A stretch of 64,000 nt of DNA from Clostridia bacterium (GTDB lineage Bacteria > Bacillota > Clostridia > Christensenellales > CAG-138). Of this stretch, positions 18,665 through 28,020 are shown piece by piece. The notes beneath the pieces are model-generated. The model made no database searches. It saw nothing but the letters and a program-made list of their open reading frames with translations, and was not told the origin of the DNA. The DNA lies in contig JAEDIC010000002.1 of the NCBI GenBank assembly GCA_016292635.1, positions 29,609-93,608 on the forward strand, written 5' to 3'. A program made the position numbers and the translations under genes. Within the stretch, counting starts at the first letter, position 1. Every line of letters begins with the position of its first letter.

Positions 18665-19703
18665 TGAACTGCACCCCAAATGTTAGACAGTATGATATAC
18701 TAACTAACAAGTGGGGTGTTTAATTATGCCAAGAGGAGTACCGAACAAAAAATATACGCCAGAGTTCAAAAAACAGGTAGTAGAAACCATGCAACAAGAA
18801 AAGTTAAGCTACAGCGAAACGGCAAGACGTTATGAAATCAACGATCACAAAAGAATTATGACGTGGGAGCGAATTTACATAACAGAAGGACCGGACGGCT
18901 TTTCTGTTGAACGCCGTGGTCGTGGCAGTACAGGCCGTCCGCGGAAATTGCCTAAAGAGATAAAAGAAGATTTGCTTGCGGAGGTACAGCGACTGAGAGC
19001 GGAGAATGACTACTTAAAAAACTTGCAAGCCTTGGTTTTGGAAGACGAGCGACGCCGGCACAAAAAATGCAGGTAGTTCAAAATCTGAGGCAACAGCACT
19101 CTTTGGAGATTCTCCTTTCAATCGCTCAACTACCACGAGCTACCTTTTACTACCACCTGAAGAAATCTGACCAAGCAGATAAGTACAAGGAAGCTAAGGA
19201 TGCAATAACAGACATCTATTGTGAGAACAAAGGAAGATATGGATATCGCCGAATCACAGCAGAGCTGCACAACCGCAATATGCCCTTGAATCACAAGACA
19301 GTACAGCGGCTTATGAAAGAACTGGGATTGGTCTGCCGTGTCAGAATGAAGAAATATCGTTCCTACAAAGGAGAGGTTGGCAAGATAGCGCCCAATCTGT
19401 TAAACAGAGATTTCAACGCCAACAGACCGAATGAGAAATGGGTAACCGATGTAACCGAGTTCAACTTATTTGGAGAAAAACTGTACCTTTCTCCTATTCT
19501 GGATCTGCACAGCAGCGACCTGGTTTGTTACACCATTTCGGATCGTCCGGTTTTGAGCATGGTAACTACCATGTTGGGTAAAGCATTTGAAACATTACCG
19601 GATAATACAAATCTCATTCTCCATTCAGACCAAGGATGGCAATACCAACATAAGCAATATCAAAGGATGCTCGCCCGAAAAGGAATACGGCAGAGTATGA
19701 GTG
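18665..19703 (+). mobile_element. IS3-family (IS150-like) insertion sequence, 3'-truncated
   Basis: The left end is TGAACTGCACCCCAAATGTTAGACA. orfA and orfB overlap at an A6 run (19062-19067) suitable for -1 frameshifting. OrfB ends abnormally after ...GIRQSMS, before the DDE glutamate region, and no right inverted repeat is present. Confidence 0.8.
18726..19076 (+). CDS. IS3-family transposase OrfA (HTH)
   Basis: MPRGVPNKKYTPEFKKQVVETMQQEKLSYSETARRYEI... with a C-terminal leucine-zipper-like LRAENDYLKNLQAL. Confidence 0.8.
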   Translation: MPRGVPNKKYTPEFKKQVVETMQQEKLSYSETARRYEINDHKRIMTWERIYITEGPDGFSVERRGRGSTGRPRKLPKEIKEDLLAEVQRLRAENDYLKNLQALVLEDERRRHKKCR

Positions 19704-19726
19704 GCTCAATCCCAAATTCTGTGTAA
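19067..19726 (+). pseudogene. IS3-family transposase OrfB (DDE integrase core), C-terminally truncated
   Basis: NEKWVTDVTEF (first D) and LILHSDQGWQY (second D) are present. The segment carrying the catalytic E is missing, and the frame runs into unrelated sequence (GSIPNSV stop). Confidence 0.75.
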
Positions 19727-19744
19727 ACACCAAAATGACGTAAA

Positions 19745-20154
19745 ATAGAGCAAATATTTATTGGGCGGGAAGGCCGGAAAACGGTATTCCCGCCTTGTAT
19801 GCATTGTAGCCGGAGCCTGGCGGCATGTCAAGGACAGCCGTAAGGCCGTTCATTTTATCCTTGACGGGGCGGCGGGATACGGCTATCCGGGAATTCTGTC
19901 TGCGAAAAATATCTCCGGTTGGGAATGGATTGCGCCCCAGTCCTGTTGTTCCGGTAGTCGTACCTGCTGTAGCCGAGCTCTTCTTCCAGCTCCGCTTCCA
20001 GGCCGCCTTCCAGCGTCATAGCCACAAAGTCCTTGAACAGTTCCTGTACATCCTCAAACGTCTTTAATTCGATCCCCTGTTCCTGCGTCCATTCCCGCAG
20101 CCTTGCTCGGTCTGCTCGCCTCTGTTGTGGTGTACGTGTGTCCTTCTTACCCAT
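19745..20154 (-). pseudogene. IS256-family (mutator-type) transposase, N-terminal fragment, frameshifted
   Basis: The translation ...FEDVQELFKDFVAMTLEGGLEAELEEELGYSRYDYRNNRTG matches the conserved IS256 transposase N-terminal region. Similarity then continues only in another frame and stops about 19745. Confidence 0.6.
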
Positions 20155-20376
20155 GTTTAAAGCCTCCGTTCGGGTGCTTCTATCTTACACTCTTCCGGAG
20201 GTTTACACAATTTATGGGATGATCTCTGCGTTTGTTTTTTACTCTCCATATAAGTTTCCCCCAATGAAACAATTAACAGATCAAAAGTTACTATCACTTT
20301 CTCTTTAAGGGAAATGTATTTTTCCCTGTGCGTATATGTGGTACAATGAATCAAATAAAATACGGAGAAGCTATAA

Positions 20377-21162
20377 ATGAAAGAATTTTTGACCTATTTC
20401 TTCGGTGTGGGGACCGAACCGGAATTCGCCATATTTACCCCTGCACATTTTGCCCCCATACTGCTGCTGTTTGTTGCGCTGTTTCTGCTGCATAGATATC
20501 GTGAACCCCTGAGAAACTCCCGCTATGAGACAAACATACGCTATATTTTGGGATTCATGCTCATCATATGCGACATGTCCTACTATTGGCGCCTGGCAGC
20601 CTGCCCCTGGCTTTCCGAGGGACCTATATCCAATCTGCCCATAGGAGTATGCGGCTGGGCGGTGATCTTTTGCTCATTCATGATAATAGGCAAAAGCCAG
20701 AAGCTGTTTGACATCGCATATTTCTGGCTGCTGTCAGGCTCCCTGTTTGCCCTGCTTACCCCCACCCCTCTGACCTACTGTGGCCCTACACGCTTCCGCT
20801 ATTATCAGTTCTGGCTGGAGCACACGCTGGGCTATGTTGCGATTTTTTATATGATATTTGTTCACAAAATGAGGCCAAATATACGCTCTATGATTCGCTC
20901 ATACTGTGCGCTGTGGGTAATGGCGGGACTTGCAACATGGGTAAATTTCATGATTCCCGGAGCAAACTATCTCTATATGGCCCGGCCCGAAAGCGCCCCC
21001 TCCGTGCTGGATATTCTGCCTCCCAGCTATGGGCTGCGCATTGCCATCATCGTCGCTGTAATTACAGTTATGTTCGGCCTTGCATATCTCCCCTGGTACT
21101 TGAAGGATAAAAAATCCGCAGTCGGTAATGGACAAACCCCGGAAATCGCCTCCGCTGTTTAA
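20377..21162 (+). CDS. integral membrane protein (YwaF/TIGR02206-like)
   Basis: 261 aa with about 7 TM helices. The N-terminal F..F...H pattern resembles the TIGR02206 family. The assignment is tentative. Confidence 0.45.
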   Translation: MKEFLTYFFGVGTEPEFAIFTPAHFAPILLLFVALFLLHRYREPLRNSRYETNIRYILGFMLIICDMSYYWRLAACPWLSEGPISNLPIGVCGWAVIFCSFMIIGKSQKLFDIAYFWLLSGSLFALLTPTPLTYCGPTRFRYYQFWLEHTLGYVAIFYMIFVHKMRPNIRSMIRSYCALWVMAGLATWVNFMIPGANYLYMARPESAPSVLDILPPSYGLRIAIIVAVITVMFGLAYLPWYLKDKKSAVGNGQTPEIASAV

Positions 21163-21238
21163 TCGTATACGAATCGCTGATAAAGAATCGACAAGTTTCT
21201 AATGAGACCTGTCGATTCTTGCTGTTTTGCAAAATCTT

Positions 21239-21300
21239 CAGTGCAGATTCTGCACTACTTGATTATGTGCTGGATAAAATTTGCAGTGCAGATTCTGCAC
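21239..21300. repeat. two copies of CAGTGCAGATTCTGCAC, each containing the 15-bp perfect palindrome GTGCAGATTCTGCAC
   Basis: Exact copies at 21239-21255 and 21284-21300 (45-bp spacing). Each is followed by a-n-TTGATT. Confidence 0.9.
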
Positions 21301-21582
21301 AAATTGATTTTCCGCCATTCACTATCACCATTTAGTAATCATACCAAACCCATATACAGGATTTACACCGCAATATAATCACTATTTCCCTTTTTGCTTT
21401 TCAAAAAGCCGTTGGACCAAAATGTCAAAAATCCCCGTTTTGTGGGATAAACGCCTACCAGCAGAGCCTCAGCATGGGAGGACGACAAAACGCCCTTCAT
21501 ACTGGAAACCCTTGTTATTTCAAAACATACCACAATAACCCCCAGGATGCAATACAGCTCTATCCGTATCGCCATACCGGTA

Positions 21583-21611
21583 TTGACTTAGGTGATTCTA
21601 TAAACTAGAAT
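21583..21611 (+). promoter_or_regulatory. candidate promoter of the MATE gene
   Basis: TTGACT (21583-21588), 17 nt, then TAGAAT (21606-21611). Confidence 0.5.
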
Positions 21612-21671
21612 AACTTATCGCGAAAGCCCTTTTGAGCTTTGCGTTTATCCGCAATATACCGGAAGGATCTG

Positions 21672-23045
21672 ATGGAAACCATGAATAAGGATAACAGTTT
21701 TCTCGGAACAGCGCCCGTAGGCGGGCTGCTCTTTAAGCTGGCGCTGCCCACCATAACGGCCCAGCTTATTAATATGCTTTACAATATAGTGGACAGGATA
21801 TACATAGGCCATATGCCAGGAGACGGCGACCTTGCCCTTACCGGCGTTGGCGTATGTATGCCCCTCATTATGATGGTATCCGCCTTTGCGGCGCTGGTAA
21901 GCTCCGGCGGCGCGCCCCGGGCTTCCATATTTATGGGCAAGGGCGATATAGATACGGCGGAAAAGACCATGGGCAGCTGCTTTACCATGCAGCTGATAGT
22001 CTCTGCCGCGCTTACCGCCGCACTGCTCATCTGGAACAGAGACCTTCTCCTTGCCTTCGGCGCAAGCGAGAATACCATTGAGTACGCCTCGGCATATATG
22101 AACGTATACGCCATTGGAACGGTATTCGTGCAGCTTACTCTGGGCATGAACGCCTACATAACCGCTCAGGGTTTTGCAAAGTACGGCATGCTCACCGTAT
22201 CGCTGGGCGCCGTATGCAACATCATTCTTGACCCTATCTGCATATTCACCCTGGACATGGGCGTGCGTGGCGCCGCATTGGCCACCGTTACTTCCCAGGG
22301 CCTGTCTTGCATATGGGTGCTGAGCTTCCTTAAAGGCAAAAGGACTCTGCTTCGCCTAAAAAAGGAAATCCTTGCCATACGGCCCAAGATGCTGTTTCCC
22401 TGTATTGCCCTGGGGCTTGCTCCATTTATAATGCAGTCCAGCGAAAGCGTAATATCCGTATGCTTTAACTCTTCCCTGCTGCGCTACGGTGGAGATATTG
22501 CCGTTGGCGCCATGGCGATACTTACAAGCGTAATGCAGTTTGCCATGCTGCCCTTGCAGGGCCTTGCCCAGGGTGCTCAGCCCATCACCAGCTATAACTT
22601 TGGAGCAGGCAACGAAGAGAGAGTACGGCGCACATTCCGGCTGCTTCTTACCGCCAGTCTTACCTATTCCGTAGTCCTCTGGGCCGCCATAATGCTTTTC
22701 CCCCGGGTATTTGCTGGGATATTCACGCCGGATCCGGCGCTGCTGGCCTTTACGGGGAATGCCCTGCGCATATACTGCGGCGTGCTGTGCATATTCGGCA
22801 TACAGATAGCCTGCCAGATGACCTTTGTTTCCTTGGGCAACGCCAAGTCCTCCATTATCGTTGCGGTAATGCGGAAGTTTGTGCTGCTTCTTCCCCTCAT
22901 ATACATAATGCCTGCGCTTATGACCGATAAGACAATGGCAGTATACGCCGCAGAACCCGTTGCGGATCTGCTGGCGGTAACATTCACTGCGCTGCTGTTC
23001 CGTTCCCAGTTTAAAAAGGCGCTGAAAAGCATATCCCCTGCTTAG
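21672..23045 (+). CDS. MATE family efflux transporter
   Basis: 12-TM protein with a typical MATE N-terminus LFKLALPTITAQLINMLYNIVDRIYIGH. The start is ambiguous (21639, 21672 or 21681). Confidence 0.85.
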   Translation: METMNKDNSFLGTAPVGGLLFKLALPTITAQLINMLYNIVDRIYIGHMPGDGDLALTGVGVCMPLIMMVSAFAALVSSGGAPRASIFMGKGDIDTAEKTMGSCFTMQLIVSAALTAALLIWNRDLLLAFGASENTIEYASAYMNVYAIGTVFVQLTLGMNAYITAQGFAKYGMLTVSLGAVCNIILDPICIFTLDMGVRGAALATVTSQGLSCIWVLSFLKGKRTLLRLKKEILAIRPKMLFPCIALGLAPFIMQSSESVISVCFNSSLLRYGGDIAVGAMAILTSVMQFAMLPLQGLAQGAQPITSYNFGAGNEERVRRTFRLLLTASLTYSVVLWAAIMLFPRVFAGIFTPDPALLAFTGNALRIYCGVLCIFGIQIACQMTFVSLGNAKSSIIVAVMRKFVLLLPLIYIMPALMTDKTMAVYAAEPVADLLAVTFTALLFRSQFKKALKSISPA

Positions 23046-23103
23046 GGGTAAAGCAACAAAAATCACAACGGCGCTCCAATAGGAGCGCTGTTATGCGGTA
23101 ACC

Positions 23104-24294
23104 TTAAAAAATTTTAAACAGCCTTATTACCTTGCTTGCGATCTTGTATATCGGCCCTTCCAGCTCCTTCCGGGCGTTTTGCAGTTCCTCCCGTATGTTT
23201 ATATTCTGGGGACAATGCAGCTCGCACTTGCCGCACTGTATACAGTTTGACGCGGAAGTCTGGGTTCTTCTGAATGCGGTACACATCATGTACTCTATAA
23301 ATGCCCGAGACTTGCCTTCGGTATATCTGCGGTTGTATGCGGCAAAAGTGCCGGGGATGTCCACGCTTTGCGGGCAGGGCATACAATAGCCGCAGCCGGT
23401 ACAGCCCACCTTCATCTTTTCATTTATGGCCTGCACCACCTTTTCCAGCATTTCTTCCTCCGCCGCTCCAAGCTCTCCAGCGTATGCGGAGGATGCTGTC
23501 TGGATATTGTCCCGTACCATCTCCATGGAGTTCATGCCGGACAAAACACAGGTTACCTCGCTCTGATTCCACAGCCAGCGGAATGCCCACTGAGCCGGGG
23601 TATGCCTTATATGATATTCCCGGAATATACGCTCTGCCTTCTCCGGCAGCAGCCTGACAAGCTTGCCCCCTCTCAGTGGCTCCATTATTATGACGGGCAG
23701 GCCCTTATCACTGGCATACATAAGCCCTCGCCGCCCGGCCTGAGAATGCTCATCCATATAGTTATACTGTATCTGGCAGAAATCCCAGTCATACGCGTCT
23801 ATCAGCCGGCAGAACATATCGGAATTGCCATGATATGAAAAGCCCACCTGGCCTATGGCTCCGCTACGCTTTTTTTCCTCAAGCCATTGGTCTACGCCTA
23901 GCCCCTTCAGCCGCTCCCATGTTTCCACATCCCCAAGCATATGCATGAGATAATAGTCGATATGGTCAGTTCGCAGCCGCTTCAGCTGCTCATTGAACAG
24001 GTTTTCCATTGCCGCGGCGCTCCTAATAAGATAATGGGGCAGCTTGGTAGCGATATACACCCTATCCCTTATACCGTTTCGCTCCAGTATTTCACCCAGA
24101 GCCGCCTCGCTGCCGGGATATACATAGGCGGTATCGTAATAATTTACCCCGCCATCATAGGCGGCCATTATTTCACGCTCGGCTTCTTTTATGTCTATGG
24201 CGCCCATTGTCTTTTGAAAGCGCATACAGCCAAAACCCAGTATGGATATCCTGTTTCCGTATTTATCCGGCCTGTAATTCATAATATCCTCCAA
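23104..24294 (-). CDS. aldo/keto reductase with C-terminal 4Fe-4S ferredoxin-type domain (COG1453-like)
   Basis: AKR core (GFGCMRF, DTAYVYPGSE, DYYLMH) plus two Cys clusters, CTGCGYCMPCP and CIQCGKCELHCP. Confidence 0.85.
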   Translation of the reverse strand: MEDIMNYRPDKYGNRISILGFGCMRFQKTMGAIDIKEAEREIMAAYDGGVNYYDTAYVYPGSEAALGEILERNGIRDRVYIATKLPHYLIRSAAAMENLFNEQLKRLRTDHIDYYLMHMLGDVETWERLKGLGVDQWLEEKKRSGAIGQVGFSYHGNSDMFCRLIDAYDWDFCQIQYNYMDEHSQAGRRGLMYASDKGLPVIIMEPLRGGKLVRLLPEKAERIFREYHIRHTPAQWAFRWLWNQSEVTCVLSGMNSMEMVRDNIQTASSAYAGELGAAEEEMLEKVVQAINEKMKVGCTGCGYCMPCPQSVDIPGTFAAYNRRYTEGKSRAFIEYMMCTAFRRTQTSASNCIQCGKCELHCPQNINIREELQNARKELEGPIYKIASKVIRLFKIF

Positions 24295-24490
24295 ATAAAC
24301 CAGCAGTCTTTTTTACAAATGGATTTTAGCATATTTCCATATGCGCAGCAAACGAAACACATTCTCTTCGCATGGCATTCTCTGCTTTTTATTAAAGATA
24401 GTGTTAAATATAGTGTTTTTTATCTGTTTTTGTGCTCGCAATAATTTGTTATGTGTATTAGAATAATATTAATAATAAAGTTTCAAGCGC

Positions 24491-24769
24491 ATGGAAGGTT
24501 ACAACTCAATGCCAGATTTCAAGACCATCGGCAGAATCATGCGGCACATTCGTGAAGAGAAAAGCCTATCGCAGGAAGTGGTAAGCGGTTTCGCCGTTAT
24601 CGCCCGCTCCCATCTGTGCGATATTGAATGCGGCAGAAAGCGGCCAACAATGAAAACATATTTCAGAATATGCCGCGCCCTTAATGTACACCCCGGCGAT
24701 GTTATGCGCATGGCGGAAGCGGAATGGGAAAAGCAGGCTCAAAATAGTTGCAAATCAGAAGCAAAATAA
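24491..24769 (+). CDS. XRE-family helix-turn-helix transcriptional regulator
   Basis: The pattern IGRIMRHIREEKSLSQEVVSGFAVIARSHLCDIECGRKRPTMKTYFRICRAL is an HTH_3-type pattern. Confidence 0.8.
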   Translation: MEGYNSMPDFKTIGRIMRHIREEKSLSQEVVSGFAVIARSHLCDIECGRKRPTMKTYFRICRALNVHPGDVMRMAEAEWEKQAQNSCKSEAK

Positions 24770-24905
24770 ACAAGGGCGGCAGTATGCCGTCTAAAATCAT
24801 CAGTTGAATTTATCCTTATTATCCCCCTGAATCCTTGAACTGCATTGGCAAGGGTGCTATGCTGAGAATATACATTTCTTTAAAAATCAATAAGGGAGGA
24901 GCAAC

Positions 24906-26420
24906 ATGGACAACAAATACGACGTTATAGTGGTTGGCGCTGGAAACGGCGGACTTGCCGCTGCAGCGAATACCGCCAAAGCAGGCCTGAAGACGCTACT
25001 GCTGGAAAAGCATAATCTGCCCGGCGGCTGCGCCACCAGCTTCCGCAGGGGACGGTTTGAGTTTGAGCCGTCGCTCCATGAACTGTGCAGCGTTGGCACA
25101 GCGGAAAAGCCAAACACCGTATACAAGGTGCTGGACGAGCTTGGCGCCAAGATAAACTGGGAATATGAGCATGACATCTTCCGAGTAATAAACAAGGCGA
25201 AAAACTACGATCTGGTGCTCAAGGCAGGCATTGAGGAATTCTGTCAAAGCGTGGATGATGCCGTGCCCGGCTGTAAGGAAAACGTACGGGCCTTCTTCGC
25301 CCTTAAGCCCAAAATAGACGCGGCAATCGCCTATATATACGCTATGAAGGGCAAACCCAATGGCCTCACAATGCTGACCAAACACGCCGACTTTATGCGG
25401 GTGGCCGGCCACTCCGTTGAGCAGGTGATGACCGCTCTCGGCATACCCAAGGCTGCCCAGGACATAATCAACACCTATTGGGGCTATCTTGGAGTGCCCA
25501 CTGACGAGCTGAACGCAATGCACTTCCTTAACATGGTGCATGATTACGTTGTGGACGGCGCCGCAATGCCCCGCCATCGCTCCCATGAGCTTTCGCTGGC
25601 CCTTGTTGATGTGATAATCAAAAACGGCGGAGAAGTGCGCTTCAACAGCGAAGTAACAAAATTCCTCTATAATGAGGACGGCAGCGTTGCAGGCGTTGTG
25701 GCCAACGGCGAGGAGTTGTATTCCACCGAGGTCATATCCAACGTTATACCCCACAACGTATTCAATATGAGCGACCAGAGCGTTATACCGGAGCAGAACC
25801 TTAAGCTGGCTAACGCCCGTGATTTCGGCATCTCCGTGGCTACCATATACCTTGGACTGGACTGCACGGCGGAAGAACTGGGCCTCAAGGACTATACCGT
25901 ATTCATTCAGAACCATCCTGACCCCAGGGTACAGAACGACACCCGCACAGATGGCGGCCTGTACATAGTAAACTGTCTGAATAATGTAATACCCGACAGT
26001 TCCCCCGAAGGCACCTGCACGCTGTTCTTCACCATGCCCATTTACGGAGGAGACCTTCCCAAGGACCTTAATCCCCAGGACTACAAGAAATACAAAAACG
26101 CTCTTGCAAAGAGATACATCGAGGATGCGGAAAAGGTCCTCAATATCTCCATTATGCCTCATATCGAGGAGATCAGCATAGCCACCCCCGTCACCTTCGC
26201 CCGGTATCTTGGCACCCCTGAGGGCACCATATACGGCTATCGCCTGTCCGGCTGGGATAACCTTATGGCTCGCACCGCAGGCGAAAAGAACGACTACGCC
26301 ATCCCCGGCCTCAGCTTCTGCGGCGGCCATTACATCCGTGGTGACGGCTACAGCTGCTCCTATATAATGGGCGATACCATCGGCAAGCGTGTGGCAAAGA
26401 GAATTAAGGGAGGTGCTTGA
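24906..26420 (+). CDS. NAD(P)/FAD-dependent oxidoreductase, phytoene desaturase (CrtI)/RetSat-like family
   Basis: N-terminal dinucleotide fold YDVIVVGAGNGGLAAAANTAKAGLKTLLLEKHNLPGG, ~500 aa, with a C-terminal GG...GDG pattern typical of the CrtI superfamily. Confidence 0.8.
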   Translation: MDNKYDVIVVGAGNGGLAAAANTAKAGLKTLLLEKHNLPGGCATSFRRGRFEFEPSLHELCSVGTAEKPNTVYKVLDELGAKINWEYEHDIFRVINKAKNYDLVLKAGIEEFCQSVDDAVPGCKENVRAFFALKPKIDAAIAYIYAMKGKPNGLTMLTKHADFMRVAGHSVEQVMTALGIPKAAQDIINTYWGYLGVPTDELNAMHFLNMVHDYVVDGAAMPRHRSHELSLALVDVIIKNGGEVRFNSEVTKFLYNEDGSVAGVVANGEELYSTEVISNVIPHNVFNMSDQSVIPEQNLKLANARDFGISVATIYLGLDCTAEELGLKDYTVFIQNHPDPRVQNDTRTDGGLYIVNCLNNVIPDSSPEGTCTLFFTMPIYGGDLPKDLNPQDYKKYKNALAKRYIEDAEKVLNISIMPHIEEISIATPVTFARYLGTPEGTIYGYRLSGWDNLMARTAGEKNDYAIPGLSFCGGHYIRGDGYSCSYIMGDTIGKRVAKRIKGGA

Positions 26421-26421
26421 T

Positions 26422-27627
26422 ATGGCAAGACCCAAGCTTTGGAAACTTAACCCCATGGACTTTACAAAGATGACCCCCGCCCGCAATGAAAAAATTGCGG
26501 CAGCCCCCGCACAAAAGCTGCCCGAGGCGGATTCATATCACCCCAATCGCATCGCCAACGCCCTGCACCCCAAGGTACAGTATCTTAAGGTTGCGAAGAT
26601 AGTTGAGCGGGACGAATTCACAAAGTCCTTTTATCTTTCGGCCGACCCGGACAGGGGTACTGAATCCCTTGCATGGTTCAATGCGGGACAGTATCTTTCC
26701 ATCCGCCTGAAGATTGGCAATATGAACATTTCCAGGCCATACTCTCTGGCTTCCTCCCCCAGGGAGGCGCTGGAAGGTCACTATATGCTTACTATCCGCC
26801 GGGTGGATGACGGTATCGCTTCCCAGTTTATGCTGGATAACTGGCAGGTGGGCACCGAGGTCATCGCATCCGAACCCCTTGGCGTATTCACCTATGAGCC
26901 GCTCAGGGACGCAAAAACCATACTCTGCCTTTCCGGCGGCAGCGGTGTTACTCCCTTCCGCTCCCTGGCAAAGGCCGTTGCGGACGGCGATGAGGACGCC
27001 AATATGATACTGCTCTATGGCAGCCGCTCGGTAGAGGAGGCCCTGTTTAACGATGAATTTGAAGAACTGGACCGCACCTGTCCCAATTTCAAGTATGTGA
27101 ATGTATTGAGCGATGTACCGGCAGAGGGCAAGGAATCCGGCTTCATCACCGCCGACCTTATCCGCAAATACGCCCCCGAGGGAGAGTACTCCATATTCAT
27201 CTGCGGCCCCGCTGCCATGTACGAATTTGTGGATAAGGAGATAGCCACTCTTGGCCTTCGCAGGAAGTTCATCCGTCACGAGATGTTCGGCGAATACTTC
27301 AACCCCGCTAAGGAAGCGGATTATCCCGCCGATGTAGCCCCCGCATACAGGCTCACCGTACGCATGGCGGGCAAGGAATATTCCCTTACCGCCCCCGCAA
27401 ACGAATCTCTTCTGCGCACAATGGAAAAGAACGGCATAGCCGCTCCCGCCCATTGTCGAAGCGGCGAATGCGGCTGGTGCCATTCCCGTCTTGTAAGCGG
27501 CGAGGTATATACCCCCAAATCCGCCGACGGACGCCGGGAAGCAGACCTTATCTACGGCTACATCCACCCCTGCTGCGCCTTCCCGCTAAGCGATGTGGTG
27601 ATAGATGTGCCGCCCGTGGTGGATTAA
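26422..27627 (+). CDS. ferredoxin-NAD(P)+ reductase-like flavoprotein with C-terminal plant-type [2Fe-2S] domain
   Basis: RPYSLAS (FAD), LSGGSGVTPF (NAD(P)H), and CRSGECGWCHSRLVSG...HPCC (2Fe-2S). The ATG at 26422 follows AAGGGAGG and lies 1 nt after the upstream stop codon. Confidence 0.8.
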   Translation: MARPKLWKLNPMDFTKMTPARNEKIAAAPAQKLPEADSYHPNRIANALHPKVQYLKVAKIVERDEFTKSFYLSADPDRGTESLAWFNAGQYLSIRLKIGNMNISRPYSLASSPREALEGHYMLTIRRVDDGIASQFMLDNWQVGTEVIASEPLGVFTYEPLRDAKTILCLSGGSGVTPFRSLAKAVADGDEDANMILLYGSRSVEEALFNDEFEELDRTCPNFKYVNVLSDVPAEGKESGFITADLIRKYAPEGEYSIFICGPAAMYEFVDKEIATLGLRRKFIRHEMFGEYFNPAKEADYPADVAPAYRLTVRMAGKEYSLTAPANESLLRTMEKNGIAAPAHCRSGECGWCHSRLVSGEVYTPKSADGRREADLIYGYIHPCCAFPLSDVVIDVPPVVD

Positions 27628-27647
27628 ACAGCAAAACATTTCCAGAT

Positions 27648-27671
27648 AAAAGCCCGCATATGCGGGCTTTT
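27648..27671 (+). terminator. Rho-independent terminator
   Basis: AAAGCCCGCATATGCGGGCTTTT. Confidence 0.8.
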
Positions 27672-28020
27672 GGATTGGGTTAGTTTACTTTGAATGCGCT
27701 GTTCTCAGCACGGCTATATAGTCCTCAACAGCCATGGGGCGTGGATTGCTTTCCACGGGAGATGTTCCGGGCGGATATCCATGCAATGCGCTGATAGCTC
27801 TCTTCCGGCACATTCAGCGCTGAAGGAGGAACTGAAGTTCTTATTGTTTTGCATAGCATTATCTCCCTTGGGCATTATTGGGCTTTTTATTGTGATGTGC
27901 GGATAAAAAATTCTGCCTGTATTCAATCAGGCAGGAAATATCGGCATATTTATACGCCGCTTTACAAAACCCTTGTGATGATATATTATTTATCAGGATA
28001 AACTTTTTGGAGCAGCTGAA

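Noticed and set aside
24996-26486. 496-aa ORF on the minus strand, plus similar long antisense ORFs at 9792-10754, 15313-16050, 22356-23066, 26533-27567, 29610-30653, 36535-37791, 43419-44273, 48205-49296, 50371-51204 and 53507-54115.
   Set aside because: Each lies exactly antisense to a gene with clear family motifs. Their translations are low-complexity (G/A/H/V-rich) with no recognisable motifs and no RBS. They are shadow ORFs typical of GC-biased third-codon positions.
27714-27926. Small minus-strand ORF (46 aa from the ATG at 27854 with AAGGGAGA RBS: MQNNKNFSSSFSAECAGRELSAHC…) preceded by a hairpin at 27909-27938.
   Set aside because: No family was recognised. An alternative frame also looks semi-coding, which suggests a decayed gene. 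There is insufficient evidence to call a feature.
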